Part shown: positions 23,521 to 32,000 of the stretch, in pieces
How the letters are laid out: each line of letters starts with the position of its first letter
Numbering within the stretch: the first letter of the stretch is position 1
NCBI RefSeq assembly: GCF_019464535.1
Contig: NZ_CP080507.1
Location: 330,001 to 362,000 of the forward strand
Direction: 5' to 3'
DNA length: 32,000 bases
DNA from: Horticoccus luteus
GTDB taxonomy: Bacteria; Verrucomicrobiota; Verrucomicrobiia; Opitutales; Opitutaceae
Program-made: the position numbers and the translations under genes
The notes under the pieces: generated by a model
What the model saw: the letters and a program-made list of their open reading frames with translations, nothing else
What the model was told of the DNA's origin: nothing
Database searches by the model: none

Positions 23521-24001
23521 ATTTCAACTGCGCAAACTCGGGGAGCTCGACGCTGCCTTCCGAGGAGGTGTTGATCTGGTTTTTGCGGTCGCCGATCGTC
23601 TGGGCGAGGGAGCTTTCGAGGCGGTAATGGACGGCGCCGTCGCGCGCGACTTGGGCGAGTTGACGCAACAGAGCGCCGTTATCGAGGTAGACGGTCACGT
23701 CTTGCGTCGCGGTGGTCATCGGAGCGAGGCCGATGGGCTGGTCACTGACGGCTTTGCCGACGAATTTGCCGTTGATGAAGAGGCGGTGGGTGCCACCGGA
23801 GAATCCGAGGGCAATGACGTTTTCGTTGGTGTAGCGGAGCGTCATCACGGCGGTGGTTTCCAGCGGAGCGACCGCGGAGGGGCGCAGATCGACGAGGTGG
23901 ACAGTGATCCCGCCGAGCCGCGGGACGGAGGTGCAACCGGCGATCACCAGGGCCAGCGCAGTGAAAAGAAACGCGCCGAGCGCGAAGGGGCGGAAGGTCA
24001 T
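23519..24001 (-). CDS. LEA_2/WHy-like (LEA14-like) lipoprotein
   Basis: ATG at 24001 gives MTFRPFALGAFLFTALALVIAGC, a signal peptide plus lipobox. The beta-rich body resembles Late-embryogenesis-abundant type 2 / NDR1-HIN1-like bacterial lipoproteins. Confidence 0.7.
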   Translation of the reverse strand: MTFRPFALGAFLFTALALVIAGCTSVPRLGGITVHLVDLRPSAVAPLETTAVMTLRYTNENVIALGFSGGTHRLFINGKFVGKAVSDQPIGLAPMTTATQDVTVYLDNGALLRQLAQVARDGAVHYRLESSLAQTIGDRKNQINTSSEGSVELPEFAQLK

Positions 24002-24052
24002 GGCGCGCGATGCAAACGGCTGCGGACGAAACCGCAAGGCTGCGCCGAGGCG

Positions 24053-24307
24053 TCAGAACATCGTGAGCGCCTTGGCGCTCTCGACGACCACCCAGGCTCC
24101 CGCGAGAACCGCGAGGGCGACGAGGCCGCGTTGGACGACGCGGCGGGCGCGGAGGCGGGCGTCGTAAGCGTCGGAGTTGCGCGAACGCGGGTCGGCCTGC
24201 GCGAGGAAGCTGGCGAAGCGCGGATTGCGATATTTGCTGCGTCGATCCTCCCCGAGGCCGAACCGCAGAGCGGGGCGGTGGAAGAGGCGTTTCAGCAGGG
24301 ATCGCAT
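24053..24307 (-). CDS. Hypothetical small protein (84 aa) with C-terminal TM segment
   Basis: ATG at 24307. It ends 50 bp upstream of the lipoprotein start on the same strand. The segment is LVALAVLAGAWVVV. Confidence 0.45.
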   Translation of the reverse strand: MRSLLKRLFHRPALRFGLGEDRRSKYRNPRFASFLAQADPRSRNSDAYDARLRARRVVQRGLVALAVLAGAWVVVESAKALTMF

Positions 24308-24392
24308 GGCAGCATGAGCGTGAGTAAATTTGAGGTGGTTTACTCAAGGGAAAACTCACTACGGTCGCGACTTTCAGGGTTATCGCCGCGCC

Positions 24393-25697
24393 ATGCACCA
24401 TTTCCATTACTCAGGTCCCAGTCTCCAGTGTGAAGCCGTCGACCTCGCCGCGGTCGCGCGGCTCTACGGCACGCCGACCTACGTTTACAGCGCGGCCACG
24501 ATCGCGGAAAACTTTCATCGGCTGCAGCAAAGCCTGGCGGGACTCGATGTGCAGATTTGCTATGCGGCGAAGGCGAACTCGAATCTGGCGGTGCTGCGGC
24601 ATTGCGCGAATCTGGGGGCGGGTTTCGACCTTGTGAGCGGCGGAGAAATCCGGCGGGTGATCGCGGCGGGCGGCGATCTGCAGGCGAGCGTGTTTGCGGG
24701 CGTGGGCAAGACGGAGGACGAGATCCGCCTCGCGCTCGAAAACGGCGTTTTCGCGTTGCACGTGGAGAGCGAGCCGGAACTCGCGCGCATCAACCACGTC
24801 GCGGGCAAATTGGGCGTGAAAGCGCCGATCGCGCTGCGGGTGAATCCCGACGTCGATGCGCACACGCACGCCAAAATCACGACCGGCCGCAGCGACAACA
24901 AATTCGGCATCCCGTTGAAGCAGGCCGCGGGTGCCTACGAGGTGGCGGCGAAGCTGAAGAACCTCACGTTGCGCGGCGTGCAGATGCATATCGGGTCGCA
25001 GTTGACGACCGTGGCGCCGTTTGCCGAAGCGGTGCAGAAAGTGGCGCCGCTGGTGGCCGATCTGCAGGCGAACCACGGCATCACGTATTTTTCCATCGGA
25101 GGCGGCATGGGGATCGTTTACAAGGACGCCCTGGCGAGTGGCGCCCAGGCGTGGTGGGATGCGCAACCGGCGGCGCAACGCCCGCTGACGCCGGAGGCTT
25201 ACGGCGAGACGCTGACGCCGCTGCTGGCGCCGCTGGGGCTGAAAGTGCTGCTGGAGCACGGGCGCTTCATCGTCGGCAATGCGGGCGTGCTGCTCACGCG
25301 CGTCGAGCACCTGAAGCGCGGCGCGAACAAAAATTTTCTCGTGGTGGATGCGGCGATGAACGACCTCGTGCGGCCCGCGATGTATGAGAGTTACCACGAG
25401 ATCGTGCCGGTGCAGCGGGACAGCTCGCGGCGGGCGTTGGTGGCCGATGTCGTCGGACCGGTGTGCGAGAGCGGCGATTGCTTCGCGAAAGACCGGCAAC
25501 TGCAGGAAGTCGGGGAGGGGGAGCTGCTCGCGTTGATGAGCGCGGGCGCCTACGGTTTCACGATGGCGAGTCGCTACAATACGCGCGCGCTGGCGGCGGA
25601 AGTATTGGTCAACGGCAGCGCGTTCGAACTGGTCCGCCAGCGGGAAACGTTTGCACAGATGATCGCGGGGGAAAAGGTGCCGGCGTTTTTGCAATGA
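24393..25697 (+). CDS. lysA: Diaminopimelate decarboxylase
   Basis: 434 aa from ATG 24393. PLP-dependent Orn/DAP/Arg decarboxylase motifs are present (YAAKANSN, ..GPVCESGD..). Confidence 0.9.
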   Translation: MHHFHYSGPSLQCEAVDLAAVARLYGTPTYVYSAATIAENFHRLQQSLAGLDVQICYAAKANSNLAVLRHCANLGAGFDLVSGGEIRRVIAAGGDLQASVFAGVGKTEDEIRLALENGVFALHVESEPELARINHVAGKLGVKAPIALRVNPDVDAHTHAKITTGRSDNKFGIPLKQAAGAYEVAAKLKNLTLRGVQMHIGSQLTTVAPFAEAVQKVAPLVADLQANHGITYFSIGGGMGIVYKDALASGAQAWWDAQPAAQRPLTPEAYGETLTPLLAPLGLKVLLEHGRFIVGNAGVLLTRVEHLKRGANKNFLVVDAAMNDLVRPAMYESYHEIVPVQRDSSRRALVADVVGPVCESGDCFAKDRQLQEVGEGELLALMSAGAYGFTMASRYNTRALAAEVLVNGSAFELVRQRETFAQMIAGEKVPAFLQ

Positions 25698-25774
25698 GCG
25701 GCGGCGGGCCGGCGGCCCCGCGGGGCGAGAAAATTATCCGTGCCAGCGGAGCGAAGGTGGGTTGAGGTGAGCGC

Positions 25775-26791
25775 ATGAAATTTGTCGTCCTTGGAGCCGG
25801 CGCCTGGGGCACGGCGTTCGCGCTGCACCTCGCCCGGGCGGACCAGGACGTGACGCTGGTGCCGCGACGGAAGGAGCATGCAGCGCTCTTGCAGGCGGAG
25901 CGCGAGAATCGTGAATACCTGCCCGGGATCGCGCTGCCGGGGACGTTGGCCGTCACGGGCGAGGCGGACGCGGTGGTCGGCGGCGCGGAGGTGGTGTTGC
26001 TGGCCTGTCCGGCGCAGGCGTTGCGGGACACGTGCAGCGCGCTGCGGACGCGGTTGGGCGGGGCGCGGGTGCGGTTGGTGGCGAGCCTCGCGAAGGGTCT
26101 GGAGTTGCGCACGCATCTGCGGCCGTCGGAGGTGATCGCGAGCGTGCTGCCGGGGTGTGCGACGGGCAGTGTGACGGGGCCGACGAATGCGGCGGAAGTG
26201 GCGCGGGGGTTGCCGGCGGCGTTGGTGCTGGCGACGGCGGCGGTCGATGAATTTGCGAACGAAGTGCAGGCGGCGATGAGCGGGCCGACGTTGCGCGTTT
26301 ATACGAGTGACGACGTGGCGGGGGCGGAATTCGGCGGGTGCTTGAAGAACGTTTATGCGATCGCCGCAGGGTGTTGCGAAGGGCTGCGGCTGGGCGACAA
26401 CGCGAAGGCGGCGCTGATGACGCGTGCGCTCGCGGAAATGGTGCGCGTGGGCGTGGCGCTGGGCGCACGGGCGGAGACATTTTACGGGTTGAGCGGCTTC
26501 GGCGATTTGGTGGCGACGTGCCATGGCGGGTGGAGCCGGAATCGCGAGTTTGGGCAACGGGTGGGCGAGGGTCGGGCGGTCGCGGAGCTCATGGCGCACC
26601 GGAAGACGGTGGTCGAGGGCTACAAGACCACGGCGGCGCTCGACGAACTTTGCCGCGAACGCGGCCTCGAGGCGCCGATTTTGCGGGAGATGCACGCGAT
26701 CTTGTTTGAAGGGAAGCAGCCGGCGGAGGCGCTGCGCGCGCTGATGTTGCGGGAGCTCAAACGTGAGACGGCGTCGCCGCTGCCCACGTGA
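25775..26791 (+). CDS. gpsA: NAD(P)H-dependent glycerol-3-phosphate dehydrogenase
   Basis: The N-terminus is MKFVVLGAGAWGTAFALHLA. The motifs ..GPTNAAEVA.. and LKNVYAIAAG are typical of GpsA. Confidence 0.9.
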   Translation: MKFVVLGAGAWGTAFALHLARADQDVTLVPRRKEHAALLQAERENREYLPGIALPGTLAVTGEADAVVGGAEVVLLACPAQALRDTCSALRTRLGGARVRLVASLAKGLELRTHLRPSEVIASVLPGCATGSVTGPTNAAEVARGLPAALVLATAAVDEFANEVQAAMSGPTLRVYTSDDVAGAEFGGCLKNVYAIAAGCCEGLRLGDNAKAALMTRALAEMVRVGVALGARAETFYGLSGFGDLVATCHGGWSRNREFGQRVGEGRAVAELMAHRKTVVEGYKTTAALDELCRERGLEAPILREMHAILFEGKQPAEALRALMLRELKRETASPLPT

Positions 26792-26860
26792 CAGAGAACG
26801 CGTGAGGTGCGGCTTGCGCTGGAGAAGCGCGGTGGCTTGGCTCCGCGCCTTCCTACCCCT

Positions 26861-28492
26861 ATGCCTCCCTCGACCCCGGCCCCGCTCGACCGCAACCATA
26901 AGCTCGTCGTTTTCGCGTCATCGCTCGGCACCGTGTTCGAGTGGTATGACTTTTATATTTACGGGACGTTGGCGGCGTTTTTCGGAAAGCTTTTCTTCCC
27001 GCCGGGCAACGACACGGCGGCGTTTCTTTCCAGTCTGGCGCTGTTCGGGGTGGGGTTTTCCGTGCGGCCGTTTGGCGCGCTGGTCTTCGGGCGCATCGGC
27101 GATCTGGTCGGGCGAAAATACACGTTTCTCGTCACGATCATCGTGATGGGCTTGTCGACGGCGTTGGTGGGCGTGCTGCCGACGTATGCGCAGATCGGTT
27201 TTTGGGCGCCGGTGATTCTGGTGCTGCTGCGGCTGGCCCAAGGTCTGGCCCTGGGCGGGGAATACGGCGGGGCGGCGACCTACGTGGCGGAGCATGCGCC
27301 GGCGGGGAAACGCGGCGCGTATACGAGCTGGATCCAAACGACGGCGACGATCGGCTTCTTTCTTTCGCTGGCGGTGATTCTGGGGGTGCGGCAGGTGATC
27401 ACGCCGGAGAGTTTTGCGGCGTGGGGCTGGCGCGTGCCGTTCATCGTGTCGGTGTTGCTGCTGGCGGTTTCCATTTACATCCGGATGAAGCTGCACGAGT
27501 CGCCGGTGTTTGCGCAGATGAAGGCGGAAGGGAAGACATCGAAGGCGCCGTTGCGGGAAAGTTTTCTGCACTGGCCGAACGCGAAGCTGGTGCTGGCGGC
27601 GTTGTTTGGCGCGACCGCGGGGCAGGGTGTCGTGTGGTATGCGGGGCAGTTTTACGCGCTGTATTTTCTGACGGCGACGCTGAAGGTGGAATACGTGACG
27701 GCGTATCTGCTGATCGCGGTGGCGTTGTTGATCGGCACGCCGCTGTTTCTGCTGTTTGGCCGCTGGTCGGATCGCATCGGCCGGAAGCCGATCATGCTCG
27801 CGGGTTTTTTGCTCTCGGTGCTCACGTATCAACCGATTTTCCACGGGTTGACGCGGGCGGCGAATCCGGCGCTGGCCACGGCGATGGAGCAGGCGCCGGT
27901 GGTGCTGCACACGAGCGAATATCACGGGCATCTCGCCGTGGCGTTTGAGGCGCTGGGCGATGCGGCGCGCAAGATCGTGCTGCCGAGCAAAGCGGTGACG
28001 GAGACGGATCACGCGCGGACCTTCCTGAACGCGCACGGGATTCCGTTCACGCTCGCGTCGGCGCGCAGCGAGGGGCCGTTGGTGTTAACGGTCGGCCCGG
28101 CGGCGGTGACAGGCTTCGATCAAGCGGCGTATGAGGCGGCGCTCGTGCCGGCGGGTTATCCGAAGAAGGCGGATCCGGCGGCGATCGATGAGGTGAAGGT
28201 GGTGGCGTTGCTCTCGGTGTTGATGCTTTACGTGGCGATGGTCTATGGGCCGATCGCGGCGTTTCTCGTGGAGCTGTTTCCGACGCGAATCCGCTACACG
28301 TCGATGTCGCTCCCGTATCATATCGGCAACGGCTGGTTCGGCGGTTTCCTGCCGTTGATTGCGGCGTCGATCGTGGTGTTCACGGGTAACATTTACTCGG
28401 GGCTGTGGTTTCCGATCGCGGTCGCGGCGATGTCGTTTGTCGTGGGCTGGTGGGCGCTGCCCGAAACGAAAGATAACGATCTGCGCGCGTAG
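26861..28492 (+). CDS. MFS transporter, metabolite:H+ symporter (MHS; ProP/KgtP-like) family with a roughly 120-aa insertion
   Basis: ATG at 26861. The FEWYDFYIYG and GRIGDLVGRK motifs are typical of the MHS family. It has 12 TM helices, with a soluble insert between TM9 and TM10. Confidence 0.85.
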   Translation: MPPSTPAPLDRNHKLVVFASSLGTVFEWYDFYIYGTLAAFFGKLFFPPGNDTAAFLSSLALFGVGFSVRPFGALVFGRIGDLVGRKYTFLVTIIVMGLSTALVGVLPTYAQIGFWAPVILVLLRLAQGLALGGEYGGAATYVAEHAPAGKRGAYTSWIQTTATIGFFLSLAVILGVRQVITPESFAAWGWRVPFIVSVLLLAVSIYIRMKLHESPVFAQMKAEGKTSKAPLRESFLHWPNAKLVLAALFGATAGQGVVWYAGQFYALYFLTATLKVEYVTAYLLIAVALLIGTPLFLLFGRWSDRIGRKPIMLAGFLLSVLTYQPIFHGLTRAANPALATAMEQAPVVLHTSEYHGHLAVAFEALGDAARKIVLPSKAVTETDHARTFLNAHGIPFTLASARSEGPLVLTVGPAAVTGFDQAAYEAALVPAGYPKKADPAAIDEVKVVALLSVLMLYVAMVYGPIAAFLVELFPTRIRYTSMSLPYHIGNGWFGGFLPLIAASIVVFTGNIYSGLWFPIAVAAMSFVVGWWALPETKDNDLRA

Positions 28493-28546
28493 CCGCTCCG
28501 GCGACGCGGTCGCCGCCGATTTAGCCACCCACTACGTTTTTCTATT

Positions 28547-30661
28547 ATGAGTCTTCTGGGCCTGCACTGGATCGATGCGTTGGTCGTCGTCATATATGTC
28601 GTCGCCGTTCTGGCGGTCGGCCAATACCTGGCGCGCAAGGTCAAGGGCGAGTCGGACTTCTTCCTGGCGGGGCGGAAGCTGGGGAAGTGGTTCCAGTTTT
28701 TCCTGAGCTTCGGGACGATGACGGATCCGGGGCAGGCGACGATCACGGCGAGTGCGGTTTACAAGCAAGGCGCCGGCGGCGGCTGGCTGGCACTGATCAC
28801 GTTGTTTCTCACGCCGTATTACTGGTTCACGAATGTGTGGTTCCGGCGCGTGCGGCTGACGACGATGGCGGACTTGTTCGAGGACCGCTTTGGGCGGCGG
28901 TTTCTCGCGACGCTTTACGCGGTGGTGAATCTGCTCGTGGCGATCGTCTCCATCGGCGGCGGCAACATCGTGGCGTTGAAAACCCTCGAGCCGATCATGG
29001 CGAAACCGGAGGCGGTTTACACGGTGGCGGAGCGGCAGAGCGTCGATGACTATCACGCGTTCGTGCAACTGCGGAAGGAGCGCGCGCAGGCGCCGCTCGC
29101 GCCGGAGAAGCTCGACCGTTACGAACGGTTGAAAGATCGCTACGAGCGCGGGGAGTTGAAGTCCTACGTTTCGTATCTGAAGCCGATTCCATTCTACCTG
29201 TCGTCGTCGCTGCTGGTGGCGATTTTCATCATGCTGGGCGGACTCAAGGCGTCGGCGATGGTGGATGCGTTGCAAGCGGTGCTGGTGATCGTGATTTCGG
29301 GGGTGCTGATTCCGTTCGGGTTGGCGCGCATCGGCGGCGTGTCGGGTCTGCACGCGAAAGTGCCGGACTACATGTTCAACCTGTTTGGGTCGACGTCGGT
29401 GAGCGAGTTCACGTGGTATTCGATCGCGGCGCTGCTGCTGGTGCAGTTCATCGGCATCATCGGTTCGCAGGCGAACATGACGGTGAGCGGTTCGGCGAAA
29501 AACGAATACGCGGCGCGCATCGGCGCGGTGACGGGCGGATTCAGCAAACGGTTTGTGACGATCGCGTGGTGTTTCTGCGGGTTGATCGCGGTGGCGCTGT
29601 TCGGGCCGAACCTGTCGGATCCCGATCAGACGTGGGGCCTGCTCACGCGCACGCTGCTGCCGGTCGGGCTGATCGGCGTGATGATTGTGGGCATTCTCGG
29701 AGGAAAACTCGCGGCGCTGGGCGCGAACTCGGTGGTGCTGTCGGGCCTCGTGGTGAAGAATCTTTACGAGCCGCTGTGGCCGGGGAAGAGCGAGCGGCAC
29801 TACATGTTGGTGGCGCGGGCGACGGTGCCGACGGTGCTCCTGCTGGGGATCGGCGTGGCGGTGTATCTCAACAGTGCGGTGTCGTTGTTGAAGTTCATGA
29901 TCGCGCTGCTGGTGATCTGGGGCGCGCCGATCCTGTTGATGTATACGTGGCGGCGGTTGACGGAGATGGCGGTGCGCGTGCAAGTGATCGCGACGATGCT
30001 CTTTATCGGCGTGGTGCCGTGGTTCGTCTCGGCGACGCCGGGATTGCGGCAGTTGCCGGCGTTGACCGTCGTGACACAGGAACGGAGCGCACGGGTGCAG
30101 ACGCGCGCGAATGCGGATGATGTGGCCGCCGGACGCGCCGCCGCGGTGGGCGAGCATGTGACGAAGGTGCAACGGCTGGAGCCGGTCTCGGTGTTTTTCG
30201 AGGAAGGTCTGGCGCACAGCAACCCGCAGGATTTTTCGTCGCCGATGGAAGGACTCGGGCGGTTCAACATCGAAGTGTGGTTGATATCGTTGACGGGCTT
30301 CGACGTGACGCGGTTGACGGCGGCGTGGCTGCTGACGGTGCGCTACCTCGTCGATGCGCTGCTGCCGATGGCGCTGCTGATCGTAGTCAGTTGGATGACG
30401 AAGCAGCGCGATCCGGAGCGCGTGGCGCGGTTTTATGTGCGCTTGAAGACGCCGGTGGGCGCGACGCTGGAAGAGGACGACAAAGCGGTGGCGGAAAGTT
30501 ACGCGAATCCGACGCGCTACGATCATCTGAAGCTTTTTCCGCGTTCGAACTGGGAGTTCACGAAGTGGGATCGCCTCGACACGATCGGCTTTCTGGGGTG
30601 CTGCGCGTTCGTGGGCTTCATCCTGTTGTTCTTCAAACTCGTGCTATCCCTCGGCGCGTGA
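28547..30661 (+). CDS. Sodium:solute symporter (SSF) family transporter, 704 aa
   Basis: The N-terminus ..IDALVVVIYVVAVLAVGQYLARKVKGESDFFLAGRKLG is typical of SSS. It has many TM helices. Confidence 0.8.
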   Translation: MSLLGLHWIDALVVVIYVVAVLAVGQYLARKVKGESDFFLAGRKLGKWFQFFLSFGTMTDPGQATITASAVYKQGAGGGWLALITLFLTPYYWFTNVWFRRVRLTTMADLFEDRFGRRFLATLYAVVNLLVAIVSIGGGNIVALKTLEPIMAKPEAVYTVAERQSVDDYHAFVQLRKERAQAPLAPEKLDRYERLKDRYERGELKSYVSYLKPIPFYLSSSLLVAIFIMLGGLKASAMVDALQAVLVIVISGVLIPFGLARIGGVSGLHAKVPDYMFNLFGSTSVSEFTWYSIAALLLVQFIGIIGSQANMTVSGSAKNEYAARIGAVTGGFSKRFVTIAWCFCGLIAVALFGPNLSDPDQTWGLLTRTLLPVGLIGVMIVGILGGKLAALGANSVVLSGLVVKNLYEPLWPGKSERHYMLVARATVPTVLLLGIGVAVYLNSAVSLLKFMIALLVIWGAPILLMYTWRRLTEMAVRVQVIATMLFIGVVPWFVSATPGLRQLPALTVVTQERSARVQTRANADDVAAGRAAAVGEHVTKVQRLEPVSVFFEEGLAHSNPQDFSSPMEGLGRFNIEVWLISLTGFDVTRLTAAWLLTVRYLVDALLPMALLIVVSWMTKQRDPERVARFYVRLKTPVGATLEEDDKAVAESYANPTRYDHLKLFPRSNWEFTKWDRLDTIGFLGCCAFVGFILLFFKLVLSLGA

Positions 30662-30686
30662 CGCCGGGCGCGCGCGGCGCCCGGCG
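30662..30686. terminator. GC-rich 10-bp-stem hairpin (CGCCGGGCGC-gcgcg-GCGCCCGGCG) between convergent genes
   Basis: Direct inspection. It starts 1 nt after the symporter stop. There is no U-tract. Confidence 0.4.
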
Positions 30687-30709
30687 GAGCATTGGGTCGT
30701 CTGGAACGT

Positions 30710-32000
30710 TCAGGTTTTGCGTTCGCGCAGGGCGTCGGCGACGAGGGTCTTGATCGGATCGCTGCCCCAGCGTTCGAATTCCTCTTCGGTCGGCAGAGGA
30801 GAGCCGGCGGCGATCAACGCGTGCGCGACGCCGGCATAATCGCCGTCCGGCTGCGGCCGGTTGACCTCAGCATAGTCAGTCCAGCCGAGGGGAGTGGCGT
30901 GGTAGGTCGAGTCGCGCACGTCGGCGGGCGCGCCGTGAGCGAGGAGGATGCGGGCAGCGGCGAGGTTGCCCGAGAAAGCGGCCCAATGCAGCGGAGTGGC
31001 GCCCATCGCGTCGGTGCCGGCAGGATCGAAGCCGGCGTCGAGCATGGTTTCGAGTGCGGTGGTGTCGCGGCGACCGGCGAGTTCGCGCGCGAGTTTTTTC
31101 GTGCCGGGGCGATCGAAGAGCGCGCGCAGCTTGGGTTCGGCGCGGAGCATCATGGCGACCTTGGCGCGGTCGCCGCGCATGCCGGCGGCGAGAAAGCGCT
31201 CCGTGCCGCTGAGTTCGTCGGCGCCATCGTGGGCGCGCAACCAGTCGGCGACGGCGATGTTGCCGTGGAGCGAGGCGAGCGCGAAGGGCGTGCGACCGTC
31301 GGCGCGGCGGGTGCGCAGATGAGCGCCGTGTTGAAAGAGAAGTTCGAGCATCGGCACATCCCAATGGCGTGCGGCGGCGTGGACGGGCGTCTCGGCGGCC
31401 TGCTCGGGGTAGCAAACGCGATTCGCATCGGCGCCGTGCGCGAGGAGCCAGGCGACTCCGCGGCGGACCGGAGCATCGTGCGAGAGCCCGGCAAAGTGGC
31501 CGAGGATGAAGAAGAGCGGCGTGTTGCCCCAGGAACGAGCGCCGTCGCCGCCGTCGGCGTGCGCTCCGTGGGCGGCGAGGAGATCGAGCATGGCGACGTC
31601 GCCGTTCTCCGCGGCGTGATAGCCGGATTCGCCGTCATCGGGCTGGGCGCCGGATTCCAAGAGGAGCTGCGCGAGAGCGTAGTGCCGGGCATGGCACGCC
31701 GCGGCCCAGAGCGCGGAGAGTTTTTGCTGCGGGTCGCCTTCCCAGGGGTAGCCGGTATTCACGTCGGCGCCCTGGCTCAGGAGCAGGCGCGCGGTGGCGA
31801 TGAGGCCGGCGGAGTTTTTGTCGACCCAGCGGGAGTGGGCGACATAGAGAAGCGGGGCCCATTTCAAGGGGCCGCCGGGACGCGTCGCCAGGCCGGGATC
31901 GGCGGCGAGATGACGAGCGACTACCGTGGCTTCGCCGAAAACGAGTGCGGCGTGGAAGTCTTTCGCGACGAGATCGGGAAAGAGCGTGCGGGCGCGTTCG
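30710..32000 (-). CDS. Ankyrin-repeat protein; N-terminus lies beyond the right edge
   Basis: Repeated ..G(A/D)..N........PL(H/F)(W/A)AA...G......LL..GA.. units are present. Own translation shows the frame stays open upstream of the track start (31867, a TTG) to position 31999: ..ERARTLFPDLVAKDFHAALVFGEATVVARHLAADPGLATRPGGPLKWAPLLYVA.. Confidence 0.8.
   Translation of the reverse strand, partial: ERARTLFPDLVAKDFHAALVFGEATVVARHLAADPGLATRPGGPLKWAPLLYVAHSRWVDKNSAGLIATARLLLSQGADVNTGYPWEGDPQQKLSALWAAACHARHYALAQLLLESGAQPDDGESGYHAAENGDVAMLDLLAAHGAHADGGDGARSWGNTPLFFILGHFAGLSHDAPVRRGVAWLLAHGADANRVCYPEQAAETPVHAAARHWDVPMLELLFQHGAHLRTRRADGRTPFALASLHGNIAVADWLRAHDGADELSGTERFLAAGMRGDRAKVAMMLRAEPKLRALFDRPGTKKLARELAGRRDTTALETMLDAGFDPAGTDAMGATPLHWAAFSGNLAAARILLAHGAPADVRDSTYHATPLGWTDYAEVNRPQPDGDYAGVAHALIAAGSPLPTEEEFERWGSDPIKTLVADALRERKT

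Noticed and set aside
18136-30526. Large antisense ORFs opposite the desaturase, sdhCAB, lysA, gpsA, MFS and SSS genes (e.g. 18136-19539, 19566-20570, 20712-21896, 22243-23097, 24411-25694, 25574-26899, 26918-28036, 28532-30526)
   Set aside because: These are high-GC shadow ORFs with Arg/Pro/His-rich translations. The opposite strand encodes proteins with unambiguous family motifs.

Overview
High-GC (roughly 65-68% by eye) bacterial chromosomal window. Gene content and intergenic repeats loosely suggest a Verrucomicrobia/Opitutaceae-like genome, but this is unverified. The left 7.7 kb is an accessory, mobile-DNA hotspot. It holds a truncated IS110-family transposase at the window edge. It also holds two tandem, same-orientation 2,481-bp modules offset by exactly 2,839 bp. 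Each module encodes a tyrosine recombinase, an IS91-family (Zn-finger plus Y2 HUH) transposase and a 320-bp non-coding tail. Two low-GC islets carry small minus-strand ORFs, and a clear integron-type integrase (IntI signature insertion) has an unusual N-terminal extension. This looks like a degenerate or IS-invaded integron platform. The recombinase+IS91 modules sit at hairpin sites that abut the 3' ends of the small ORFs. Canonical attC sites cannot be confirmed by eye. The rest is core metabolism:
- prpB-prpC-prpD (methylcitrate cycle)
- an aldo/keto reductase
- a five-gene lipid-modification operon: FAD oxidoreductase, DUF1365, a small membrane protein, DUF1295 and a CFA-synthase-like methyltransferase. 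This resembles the UfaD/UfaO/UfaM furan-fatty-acid genes, and the oxidoreductase carries an in-frame TAG.
- an acyl-lipid desaturase
- sdhCAB (b558 type)
- a LEA_2-like lipoprotein
- lysA and gpsA
- an MFS (MHS-type) transporter and a sodium:solute symporter
- an ankyrin-repeat protein that runs off the right edge

Several interspersed structured repeat families occupy the intergenic gaps. No rRNA, tRNA or CRISPR array was recognised.
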